Shown here one piece after another: positions 55,665-64,000 of a stretch of DNA of 64,000 nt. The notes below the pieces were generated by a model. The model had not been told where the DNA came from. It searched no databases and saw only the letters and a program-made list of their open reading frames with translations. The stretch's first letter is position 1. Each line of letters begins with the position of its first letter. Origin of the DNA: Clostridiales bacterium (GTDB lineage Bacteria > Bacillota > Clostridia > Christensenellales > UBA1242); contig SVHV01000002.1 in NCBI GenBank assembly GCA_015055605.1, positions 24,049 to 88,048 of the forward strand, in the 5' to 3' direction. The position numbers were made by a program, and so were the translations under genes.

Positions 55665-57224
55665 TTACATTGTATTAGTTTTCTCTTCTAGCAGACCAGC
55701 CAACTGAAGAATTGTCATATCTCTATCTTCGCTATATACAAACTCTTTTAGTGCATTATACTCTTGAATTGTCAAACACTCTAAATTATCAATAAATTTA
55801 GTACCAAAGTTTTCTGGTAAGAATATTGTTTCTCCACTCTCTGTATAGATATTGAATCCCTTAGGTTGTCTTACTTTTCTAGGAGTTGAAGGAGCTGATG
55901 GTCTCTCACCTCTTGCTAAGTGCTCCATGTAAGTCTGCCCTCTAGGGTTAGCAGTAACAAACTTAACTTTAGATGGTCTTGGAGGTCCAACAAAGTACAT
56001 AGAATCCATTATCTTGCCTTTGCACTCTTCGTTCATTCGCTCATACTTAGAAACTATTTCTTCAACTCTACTATCGTCAATAACAACACCAGAATCTGCA
56101 ACTGAGCCTTTCTCCCTCATTACTTGTTTAAAGTAAAGAGTCTCAAAGAAATTCTGAAATTTTACACCAAATATCTCTTTGCCTTTATGCTCTCCGTAAG
56201 TCATACCTTGATTAAATGAGTGAGTATCACTACCTGCAGTATAGATAACAGAATCTTCTCTACCATGTCTTCTAACAACACCTCTAATAAGCGCACAATG
56301 TTTACTTTGAGGAGTTTCTGCAGCAATCTCATATCCATCAATACCCTGTGTTTCAAGCGTGGATATTAATCTTTCTTGATAATTAGTTCTCTTCATATTT
56401 ACGCCAGGGTGCGCCATTACAGCTATACCACCACTAGCATGAATAATGTCGATAACATCTCTAGAAGTCAAGTTTAGACGAGAATAATTAGGAGCTTTGC
56501 TATAAAGAGCATGAAGACTTCTATTGGATTTAATAGAGATACCAGCCTCTGATAGTGCCTTCCTAATCTCTGGACCTCTACTTTCTGGAAGTCCAACTTT
56601 TGCCAACATATTTTTATCAATACCATGTAGATACTCAAAGAATTCTACGATTGCATCAAAGCCCAAAGTAGTAAAACCCGGGGTCTCCTCTCTCTTTTGA
56701 ATCATAAATTCTCTGATAAGTCTATCTGGAACTAGCTTATCTAAGCCTTTTTCTTTGAGGATAAAATCTAGTTTGCCGATATCGACAAGTCTGTCGTTTT
56801 CTGATTTGATTGCCATAAGTCTAGAGATTGGACTACCCTCAGACCAATCACAGCCATAGGCTAGTAAGTGTATTTTAGAAGAGTTACCTTTTAAGTTCTC
56901 AACCTCTGGCACCCTACAAGTAACCTCAACACCAGGAATAAAGAAAGTATTCTTTTCTCTAAAATAACAAGAATTTAACGGTTGAGCATTTGCTCTTAGA
57001 TAATCCCTGATACCCATAATAGAATTATGGTCGGTAACAGCTAAAGCACCTAAGTCCTTCCTAATTGCTTCCCACATCATATAAGATATGTCATAACAAC
57101 CATCAAAAGAATATTTGGAGTGAGTATGTGTATCAACTAAAACCTCTTCCAACAAATCAAGTATTGTTCTTTGTTCGACAGCGGCTTTACCCCTTTTTGT
57201 CTTTTTAACCTCTTTCTTTGCCAT
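55665..57224 (-). CDS. PHP-domain phosphoesterase with a C-terminal extension of about 180 aa
   Basis: PHP motifs VDTHTHSKYS, AVTDHNS, MAHPG and GSDTHS. Confidence 0.75.
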   Translation of the reverse strand: MAKKEVKKTKRGKAAVEQRTILDLLEEVLVDTHTHSKYSFDGCYDISYMMWEAIRKDLGALAVTDHNSIMGIRDYLRANAQPLNSCYFREKNTFFIPGVEVTCRVPEVENLKGNSSKIHLLAYGCDWSEGSPISRLMAIKSENDRLVDIGKLDFILKEKGLDKLVPDRLIREFMIQKREETPGFTTLGFDAIVEFFEYLHGIDKNMLAKVGLPESRGPEIRKALSEAGISIKSNRSLHALYSKAPNYSRLNLTSRDVIDIIHASGGIAVMAHPGVNMKRTNYQERLISTLETQGIDGYEIAAETPQSKHCALIRGVVRRHGREDSVIYTAGSDTHSFNQGMTYGEHKGKEIFGVKFQNFFETLYFKQVMREKGSVADSGVVIDDSRVEEIVSKYERMNEECKGKIMDSMYFVGPPRPSKVKFVTANPRGQTYMEHLARGERPSAPSTPRKVRQPKGFNIYTESGETIFLPENFGTKFIDNLECLTIQEYNALKEFVYSEDRDMTILQLAGLLEEKTNTM

Positions 57225-57298
57225 ATTTTATCCCCCAAATTTCTATATTTTTTCTTGTTTGTAAATATTGCTTTCCACTAAAAACAACCGTATTAAAA

Positions 57299-57973
57299 TT
57301 AAATATCTTGAAGAAGATATGCTACTATTTCTTTTTCGTGTGCAGTAAGTCTAGGGTCAAGCATTAATTTTTTAAGTGCCTTTATACCCTGAATCTTCTG
57401 AGTGCTCGAACCGTCACTACATATTCCTGCATACAAGATTTCTGCCTCAACATCGTCAGGGTGAGAAGCAATATAATCTCTTAGGACCTTGAGTCCCTTG
57501 TCATATAATTCCTCTGCAAAAGACTCAAACCTTACATACTGCATATCGTCCTGAAGTTTACCACCATCTTCGGTATCGAAAATATAATCAACCCAGTACA
57601 TTATCTCTGCATAAACCAAATCTGCGGCTTGGAATAAGCACTTAGCCCTATTGCATTGGTCATTAATGCTTTCGTAATATACCTCTGCGAGTAGATAGTC
57701 GCCAATTTTATGAGGTCTAGCCTCTGCTAATTCCTCTAGAATATCCTTCTGTGGCAAACTATATCTCTTTGATTTTACAATATCCTTATTTTCGGTTTTT
57801 GTAATATCAATGCTTGCATATCCACAGTTAGGACATCTCTCCACAAAGAAATGCCAGAGGTCAAAGTATCCTTTAGCCCCTTTATTCTTAGGAGATATAT
57901 GTAGATTTGTTCTTAGTTCGTTATCAAAAGAGAATTGATAACCACACACACAACACCTTTTTGTTACCATCAT
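57299..57973 (-). CDS. Zinc-ribbon plus helical-repeat protein (DUF2225-like)
   Basis: CCVCG...CPNCGYAS, followed by a TPR-like helical region. Confidence 0.5.
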   Translation of the reverse strand: MMVTKRCCVCGYQFSFDNELRTNLHISPKNKGAKGYFDLWHFFVERCPNCGYASIDITKTENKDIVKSKRYSLPQKDILEELAEARPHKIGDYLLAEVYYESINDQCNRAKCLFQAADLVYAEIMYWVDYIFDTEDGGKLQDDMQYVRFESFAEELYDKGLKVLRDYIASHPDDVEAEILYAGICSDGSSTQKIQGIKALKKLMLDPRLTAHEKEIVAYLLQDI

Positions 57974-58209
57974 AGTCCTTTTTTACCACCTTTCATTTAT
58001 ATAATCATTTTAACAAATAATTTTAGCAATTACAATATATATTTTAAAATATATACTATTTTTGGATACAAAAAAGGCACTAATTAATAGTGCCTAATGT
58101 ATTTACACAACTCTCATTTACAAAAAGTTGATTAAGTAGAAATGAGGAAAGACCACCTAATTCCAACCCCACTTCATACTATTCTACTTCTATATAATTT
58201 GTTACAAAT

Positions 58210-58953
58210 TTATGAATAGCTTTTTCCAAATGCTTTTTGCAATGTTTCTCTAATATCCACATCTATCGAATGAGCGAAAATTGAAGAAATTTTGCTAATA
58301 TCACCAGCAGCGATTACAATATCTCCTGCAAGGAGCACAGTATCAGCCATAGGATATATTACCTCACTACCTCTCTTGATAAACACAATTGATATTTTGT
58401 GTTTTTTGTTTACACTAATCTCCTCGATAGTCTTTAGTACCCACGCCTCTGGTACTGGTGCTTCAAAAATCTTAAATTCATCAGTAAGTTCAGCTATCTC
58501 ATTAATCCCTGCCTTAGATAACGCATTACCTAATTTAACACCCACGAACTCCTCTGGATAAACTATTAAGTCTGCACCGATACTAGTTAAAATCTTAGCA
58601 TGTTGAGCATTAGTTGCTTTTGCAATAATATATTTTACACCTAATTCTTTACATATCTGAGTTACTAAAATAGAAGACTCTAAGTCATCACCGATACATA
58701 CAATTGCACAGTCAAAATTTTGTGCACCTAATGAGAATAAGACATCATTATTAGTAGCATCACCTAATACCACTGTGGAGATTTTGTTCTCAATAGCCTT
58801 TACATTATCAGGATCACTATCAATGCCCAAAACTTCTTTTCCTCTAGCAAATAGGGTAGTTGCCACAGCTCTACCAAATCTACCCAAACCTATTACGATA
58901 AAATCGCCCAGTTCAGATATTTTTTCTTCATTATTTTCAAGTATTTTATTCAT
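58210..58953 (-). CDS. ktrA: K+ uptake system, NAD-binding peripheral subunit (TrkA/KtrA family)
   Basis: RCK_N Rossmann motif VIGLGRFGRAV plus an RCK_C domain. It lies 24 nt downstream of the membrane subunit. Confidence 0.85.
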   Translation of the reverse strand: MNKILENNEEKISELGDFIVIGLGRFGRAVATTLFARGKEVLGIDSDPDNVKAIENKISTVVLGDATNNDVLFSLGAQNFDCAIVCIGDDLESSILVTQICKELGVKYIIAKATNAQHAKILTSIGADLIVYPEEFVGVKLGNALSKAGINEIAELTDEFKIFEAPVPEAWVLKTIEEISVNKKHKISIVFIKRGSEVIYPMADTVLLAGDIVIAAGDISKISSIFAHSIDVDIRETLQKAFGKSYS

Positions 58954-58977
58954 TTTTTTCTCCTTAATGTATAAACA

Positions 58978-60327
58978 TTATCCAACTATGATATCTGTAT
59001 TTTGATATTCAAAGTCTGCACTTGATTGTGCTGACGACATAGCTAGTCCTACAGTTAATAATCCAACCCTACCAACAAACATTAGCACACATAATAACAT
59101 TTGACTTATAACAGATAATGATGTAGTGATTCCCATAGTTAGTCCTACTGTACATATTGCCGACACACACTCAAACATAATGGCACTAATACTCAAATCT
59201 GCATCTATAAACGAAATAACAATAGCAAAGACTAACAAAGTAAACAACTGTGCCAAAAATAATTTAATAGACTTCCTGACAACCTTGCCACTAATTCTCC
59301 TATTACCAAATGTAATGTCGCCCTTTTCGTTTGGCTTCTTAAATAAGAACATAAAGATAATGATAAGTGTAGTTGTCTTTAGACCACCAGCAGTAGAGTT
59401 TGGACTACCACCTATAAACATAAGTAACATAGATATAATTTGGCAAGCAGTAGTAAGACCTCCTTGGTCTATTGATGCAAAACCTGCTGTTCTTAGAGTG
59501 GTTGACTGAAAGAACGAATTAATTATCTTTTGAAAAGTTGTCATACCACCTAAGGTTAATGGATTATTCCACTCAAGTATCATAAATGATATTGTTCCAA
59601 CCAAAAGTAAGATAATTGTTGCACAAACCACAACAATAGCATGCTGTTTTCCCTTAAATGATTTAAAGAAATTGAACAATACAACAAATCCCAAACCACC
59701 TAATATAATCAACATAGCAATAGGTAGTAACAACATTACATTATTTGCAAACGGAGTTAAACTAGCAAACTCACCACCAAACATACCAAATACATCAAAT
59801 CCAGCATTACAAAAAGCCGAAACCGACATAAAAATTGCAGCGAATATTCCATAGCCAACAGAATCAGTTATACTAATGGTACTAAACGACAATAAACAAG
59901 CACCAACTAATTCTATAATAAGAGTAACTACAAGAATCTTTTTGAGGGTTTTTACCACACCCTCCATACTATCTTTATTTAAACTTTCCTGCAAAGTTAG
60001 TCTACTAGATAGATTGATTTTTTTACCCATAACAAGAGCGATAAGTGTTGTTATTGCAACAATACCCAAACCACCTACTTGTATGAGTAGCAAGACAACT
60101 ATCTGACCAAACAAAGTAAACTGTACTGCAGTATCAACAACTATCAAACCAGTAACACATACTGCACTGGTACTTGTAAAAAACGCATCACTATAACTAA
60201 GCCAATGACCATCTCTATTAGCAAAAGGTAGGCAGAGTAATAAACTGCCTATAATTATAATGCCTAAGAAACCTATTAATATCTTTAAACTAGGTGATAT
60301 ATTTATTCTTTTTTTAGTTTTTTCCAT
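58978..60327 (-). CDS. ktrB: K+ transporter membrane subunit (TrkH/KtrB family)
   Basis: 449 aa and polytopic, with repeated selectivity-filter-like segments (TSAVCVTGL, FCNAGF, TTLRTAGF, ICTVGL). Confidence 0.85.
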   Translation of the reverse strand: MEKTKKRINISPSLKILIGFLGIIIIGSLLLCLPFANRDGHWLSYSDAFFTSTSAVCVTGLIVVDTAVQFTLFGQIVVLLLIQVGGLGIVAITTLIALVMGKKINLSSRLTLQESLNKDSMEGVVKTLKKILVVTLIIELVGACLLSFSTISITDSVGYGIFAAIFMSVSAFCNAGFDVFGMFGGEFASLTPFANNVMLLLPIAMLIILGGLGFVVLFNFFKSFKGKQHAIVVVCATIILLLVGTISFMILEWNNPLTLGGMTTFQKIINSFFQSTTLRTAGFASIDQGGLTTACQIISMLLMFIGGSPNSTAGGLKTTTLIIIFMFLFKKPNEKGDITFGNRRISGKVVRKSIKLFLAQLFTLLVFAIVISFIDADLSISAIMFECVSAICTVGLTMGITTSLSVISQMLLCVLMFVGRVGLLTVGLAMSSAQSSADFEYQNTDIIVG

Positions 60328-60435
60328 ACCATATATTTTAGCACAAGAGTCTAATTATGGCAAATATATAGCCAAAAATATCAAATAAAGAAAAAGGTAA
60401 AGTATACACCATACTCTACCCCTCTCAATATATTT

Positions 60436-61938
60436 TTATCTAGAAAATCTTGCTCTGATTTTTGAAATAATAGCAGACTTCTTTTGTTTCTTTTTGTTAG
60501 CAGACTTTTTCTCTTTTGCTTTATCCCCTTCTGGTGATGCAAGGTCAAGATGAACAGCGTCCACATTTTTAGATACAGAACCTTGCTCCTTTGCACTAGA
60601 AATCAGCAACTCCTCTTCTCTCAAATGTTCTTCTGGTCTTAGTAACCATTTTTTATTATTAATAATTTTACCATAGACAAAGATTTTGATTACAGACTCT
60701 ATGCCGATTAGTACATACACACCGTATATACTGTATGGTATGACTTGTGCAATAAAATATAAAAGAACATAGTACACAGAAACAACACATTCCCATACTA
60801 GACCAAATCCAGCGTATCTCTCGCACTGTCCGATAATATATGTACATCTACTCCAGCCAACCCATCTAACTAAAGACAACACTAAATACAACACAAGTGG
60901 GAGGAAAGATGTTGCTTGTAGTTCAGAGTTCAATCCTAATCTAATAGGATAGTATAGAGATAGACTGATAATAACATAAGCTAACCATATCACAAAGACT
61001 CCCCACTGACTATATACTGCATGATGATAAGCCCTTGCCCTCTTATGCTCTCCAATACTCCTACAAATTTTGATAGCAATCACATTAACATAAGCAAAGA
61101 ATGCACCGTTTAGAATATCTAGTACATTCTCATAGTAGCAATATTGATTATATAGAATATCACTACTCCTAAGAATGAATAATGACAAGAATATGTATCC
61201 AACCTCAAAGACAATCTCACTAAGTGACCTGGCTATTATAGTTTTAAACTCACCTTTGCCTATTTGTATTTTTTCAAAATGAAGCACATTGATAGGAAAT
61301 TTCTTATTCTTAAGCAAAGTCAAATACGAGAAGACTAAGATTAGAACTGATGCGACAATATATACTAATGCAATTAGTCTAAGCACTAGAGTCGAGGCAA
61401 CTACTAAAAGCAAGAAGCCTAGAATAGTTGTTCCACACTTAATACCTGTACCCAACATCTGCCAGCCAAAGAGTCCGAGTTTTTTGAGAATATCTGATAT
61501 ATACTGAGCCACAGCAGATATAAAGAAAGATACTAACATTATGAAATAAAAAAGTTTATCTACCTCAAACTCCAGTCCCAACCATGTTCTAATTACAAAG
61601 TTTGGTAGTACACATAGTAGCACAGTAAAAAGAAGGTTTACAATAGTTGAGAATGTAAAACCTGCTTTTATAAATTTTCTATATTTGTCTGGATTTTCAA
61701 TATTGAGGTTTGCAAACATACCAAACCCCTCTGAACACCCAAAGCTAATCATCTCCCCTATATAACTAAGAGTGATAACAGCATTGAAATATGTGAGTTC
61801 GTTGAGTTCTAATCTATTAGCTATGATTCCACTAACTATTAAATAGATTCCTACAACTAAGTATCTAATAAGTAGCCACTTGGAATCTCTGAAATTAGCA
61901 AAAAACTCTTTCCAGAACTTTTTCTTAAATAATAACAT
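60436..61938 (-). CDS. Polytopic membrane protein (about 12 TM helices, possibly MOP/MATE-like) with a Lys-rich C-terminal tail
   Basis: 500-aa ORF whose start lies 7 nt after the RNHCP gene stop. The family is not recognised with confidence. Confidence 0.6.
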   Translation of the reverse strand: MLLFKKKFWKEFFANFRDSKWLLIRYLVVGIYLIVSGIIANRLELNELTYFNAVITLSYIGEMISFGCSEGFGMFANLNIENPDKYRKFIKAGFTFSTIVNLLFTVLLCVLPNFVIRTWLGLEFEVDKLFYFIMLVSFFISAVAQYISDILKKLGLFGWQMLGTGIKCGTTILGFLLLVVASTLVLRLIALVYIVASVLILVFSYLTLLKNKKFPINVLHFEKIQIGKGEFKTIIARSLSEIVFEVGYIFLSLFILRSSDILYNQYCYYENVLDILNGAFFAYVNVIAIKICRSIGEHKRARAYHHAVYSQWGVFVIWLAYVIISLSLYYPIRLGLNSELQATSFLPLVLYLVLSLVRWVGWSRCTYIIGQCERYAGFGLVWECVVSVYYVLLYFIAQVIPYSIYGVYVLIGIESVIKIFVYGKIINNKKWLLRPEEHLREEELLISSAKEQGSVSKNVDAVHLDLASPEGDKAKEKKSANKKKQKKSAIISKIRARFSR

Positions 61939-61944
61939 ATATAC

Positions 61945-62256
61945 CTACTTACGATTTTTGGCGTAGTCTTCCACAACCTTGAGTAATACATCAAAGTCAT
62001 CATCATCTGCCGATTTATTTCGCTTAACTTCGCCACACTTAGTACATTTATAAGATATAATATACCCCTTCTTTGTATTAGGCTCTACCATAAAAGGTCT
62101 CATTAGTCCCAGACAAGTATTTGCCCTATCACCGGGGATATTGTCAATATGTATAGAGTAAAGACAAAAAGGACAGTGGTTTCTGCTAGTATACTTCAGT
62201 GGAGGCACTTCTTTGCCACAATTCTGACATATAAAAGAATTATCGTTTTTTATCAT
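61945..62256 (-). CDS. RNHCP-domain zinc-ribbon protein
   Basis: A literal SRNHCPFC motif plus CQNCG and CTKCG. Confidence 0.75.
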   Translation of the reverse strand: MIKNDNSFICQNCGKEVPPLKYTSRNHCPFCLYSIHIDNIPGDRANTCLGLMRPFMVEPNTKKGYIISYKCTKCGEVKRNKSADDDDFDVLLKVVEDYAKNRK

Positions 62257-63010
62257 TTTTTACACCATAGAATGCCTCTGGCTGAGCAACAGTCTTACCC
62301 TCAAGCAGATAGGCAATCTCCCCTTTATATTTATCAATCAATCCGGACTGTCTATAAGAATAGAATTTCTTATTAGACATAATAATATGGTCGATTAGAT
62401 GGCAACCATTTATACTAAGAGTTGTTACTAATGCTTTAGTAAATTTATTATCCTCCTCAGATGGTTTCACATCTCCGTCAGGGTGATTGTGGGCAACGAT
62501 AATATTAGCAACCTTTAGTGAAGACATTAGGTCTGTTATATCTCTAATAGTAACCTTAGCCTCTGTATTTGAACCAGAAGATATTCTCTGAACTTTGAGA
62601 ATCTTTGACTTAGGAGAGAGTGCAACTATATATAGTTCTTCTACTAACTTACCTGTAAATAAACCTCTAAAATAATCATAAGTATCTTGTGGGCTAATAA
62701 GTTGTGTTCTTTTAGCAAGTTTACATCTCTCGTATCTATTATAAATTTTTAGAAAATCAGATATGAATGTAGCAGACACTTCCCCCATACCCTTGACCGT
62801 CATTAGCTCTTTCGCATCTGCCTCAAAAACACCTGCAAGGGAACCAAACTTATCAATCAGCTCGTGAGCAAGGTCATTAGTATCTTTATATGGTATAACA
62901 AAAGAAAGTACATACTCTAGTACCTGATAATCGTGAAAATGCTCAAGACCCTCTTGAGCAACTCTTTCTCTCAGTCTTGACCTATGACCATAATGATTAT
63001 GTTCTGCCAT
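62240..63010 (-). CDS. radC: RadC-family (UPF0758) JAB/MPN-domain protein
   Basis: N-terminal HhH region (GHRSRLRER...) and the JAMM-like motif AHNHPDGDVKPSEED. Confidence 0.85.
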   Translation of the reverse strand: MAEHNHYGHRSRLRERVAQEGLEHFHDYQVLEYVLSFVIPYKDTNDLAHELIDKFGSLAGVFEADAKELMTVKGMGEVSATFISDFLKIYNRYERCKLAKRTQLISPQDTYDYFRGLFTGKLVEELYIVALSPKSKILKVQRISSGSNTEAKVTIRDITDLMSSLKVANIIVAHNHPDGDVKPSEEDNKFTKALVTTLSINGCHLIDHIIMSNKKFYSYRQSGLIDKYKGEIAYLLEGKTVAQPEAFYGVKNDKKR

Positions 63011-63225
63011 TATATCTCCTTATATCTATCTCTAGTAGCATACACTAATTCGGTAATTTTTGCAAGTAAACTATTTACTCTATATCAATACCTAATTTCA
63101 TACAAACCACACCGTTTAGTTGACTACTCAACATTTTTATTTTATACTTTAATCGTAAAATCAATAAAAACTTAATATATAGTATATTAAGAAGCAAAAA
63201 GAGGAGTTTATAAATATGGCTTTTG

Positions 63226-64000
63226 TAATTACTTGTGAGAGTAGCGCAGACTTAAATGCAGACATGTATGAAAAATATAAAATACCTGTTATGCCATTTA
63301 CTATTACTATGGCAGATAAGCAATACAAAGATTTTGATATCACAAACGAAGAACTCTTTAAATTAGTAGAAGAAAATGGAACACTTCCTAAAACTTCAGC
63401 CTTTAATGAGTATGACTATGAGGAATTTTTCAAAGAACACAACAAAGGAGATGGTATTATCCACTTCTGTATCAGTAGCAAGGTTTCTTCTACTATCAAT
63501 AGTGCTAGAGCAGCTGCTGAAAAAATGGAAAATGTACATGTAATAGATAGCCTATCATTATCAACTGGTACTGGTTTGCAAGTTTTATATGCAATTCAAC
63601 TAAGAGATAAAGGAGTTCCTATCGAAGAAGCTGTTGAGCTTATCAATGCTAGAAGGTCAGCAGTACAGATTAGTTTCGTTGTTGACACACTTAAATATCT
63701 ACACAAGGGAGGCAGATGTTCTGCCCTTGCCCTTCTAGGCTCTACTTTGCTCGGAATCAAACCAAGTATTGTTCTAAAAGATGGAAAAATGTTAGTAGGC
63801 AAGAAATACAAAGGTAAAATACATAGAGTTCTAGATAAATACATTGAAGATACCCTTGCCGAATTTAACAATCCAGACCCAGAACTATGTTTCATTACAT
63901 ACAGTTCTGCAACTGACGAAATGAAAGAGGTTACAAAAGAAGCCCTTGCTAAATATAAATTCAAAAATGTCATTGAAACTACTGCTGGTTGTACTGTTGC
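63226..64000 (+). CDS. DegV-family protein, second paralogue, 3' end outside the window
   Basis: Hand translation from ATG 63226 (GAGGAG RBS) gives MAFVITCESSADL...TLPKTSA...VDTLKYLHKGGR..., open to base 64000. Confidence 0.85.

Noticed and set aside
60328-60435. c-di-AMP (ydaO/kimA-type) riboswitch upstream of the K+ uptake operon
   Set aside because: The gap is only 108 nt. Most of it is explained by the upstream gene's terminator hairpin (GGTAGAGTAT...ATACTTTACC) plus a promoter-like AT-rich stretch. I saw no pseudo-two-fold ydaO motif.

Overview
This is a low-GC, Bacillota-like chromosomal segment that uses the standard genetic code. I count about 62 protein genes and one tRNA. I recognised no rRNA, CRISPR array, transposase or integrase. 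Most of the window is ordinary anaerobe housekeeping: typA, a CorC/CNNM-type transporter, fhs, a TrxR-like flavoprotein, galE, rdgB, a LysM-GH18 hydrolase, a MarR-DegV pair, a trimeric electron-bifurcating [FeFe] hydrogenase (HydABC-type), rfbB, leuS, tdk, queH, KtrAB-type K+ uptake and radC. Three large surface proteins carrying Listeria/Bacteroides-type repeats are also present (1-3096, 47909-49306, 49321-50514). Two patches look accessory. The first, about 28.1-35.5 kb, is a visibly AT-richer block with a TetR gene divergent from an operon encoding a K/A/E-rich protein, two tandem paralogous ABC ATPase/ABC-2 permease pairs, cardiolipin synthase and a polytopic membrane protein. One of the two ATPases is cut by an in-frame TAA, yet its C-terminal domain is still intact downstream. 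The second, about 40.2-42.5 kb, lies directly 3' of a tRNA-Ser(GGA) gene. The last 21 nt of that tRNA are duplicated twice, inside 127-nt direct repeats that bracket a single gene. That gene encodes what I read as a HEPN (RNxxxH) domain fused to a CBS pair. Next to it is a small His/Trp-rich protein translationally coupled to a CPCC-like zinc-ribbon protein. No recombinase is present. The HEPN-CBS cassette in this integrase-less att array is my best candidate for undescribed biology. A divergent diadenylate-cyclase-like protein with a heptad-repeat tail (13999-15378) is the second candidate. All functional calls rest on motif recognition by eye, and no searches were run.
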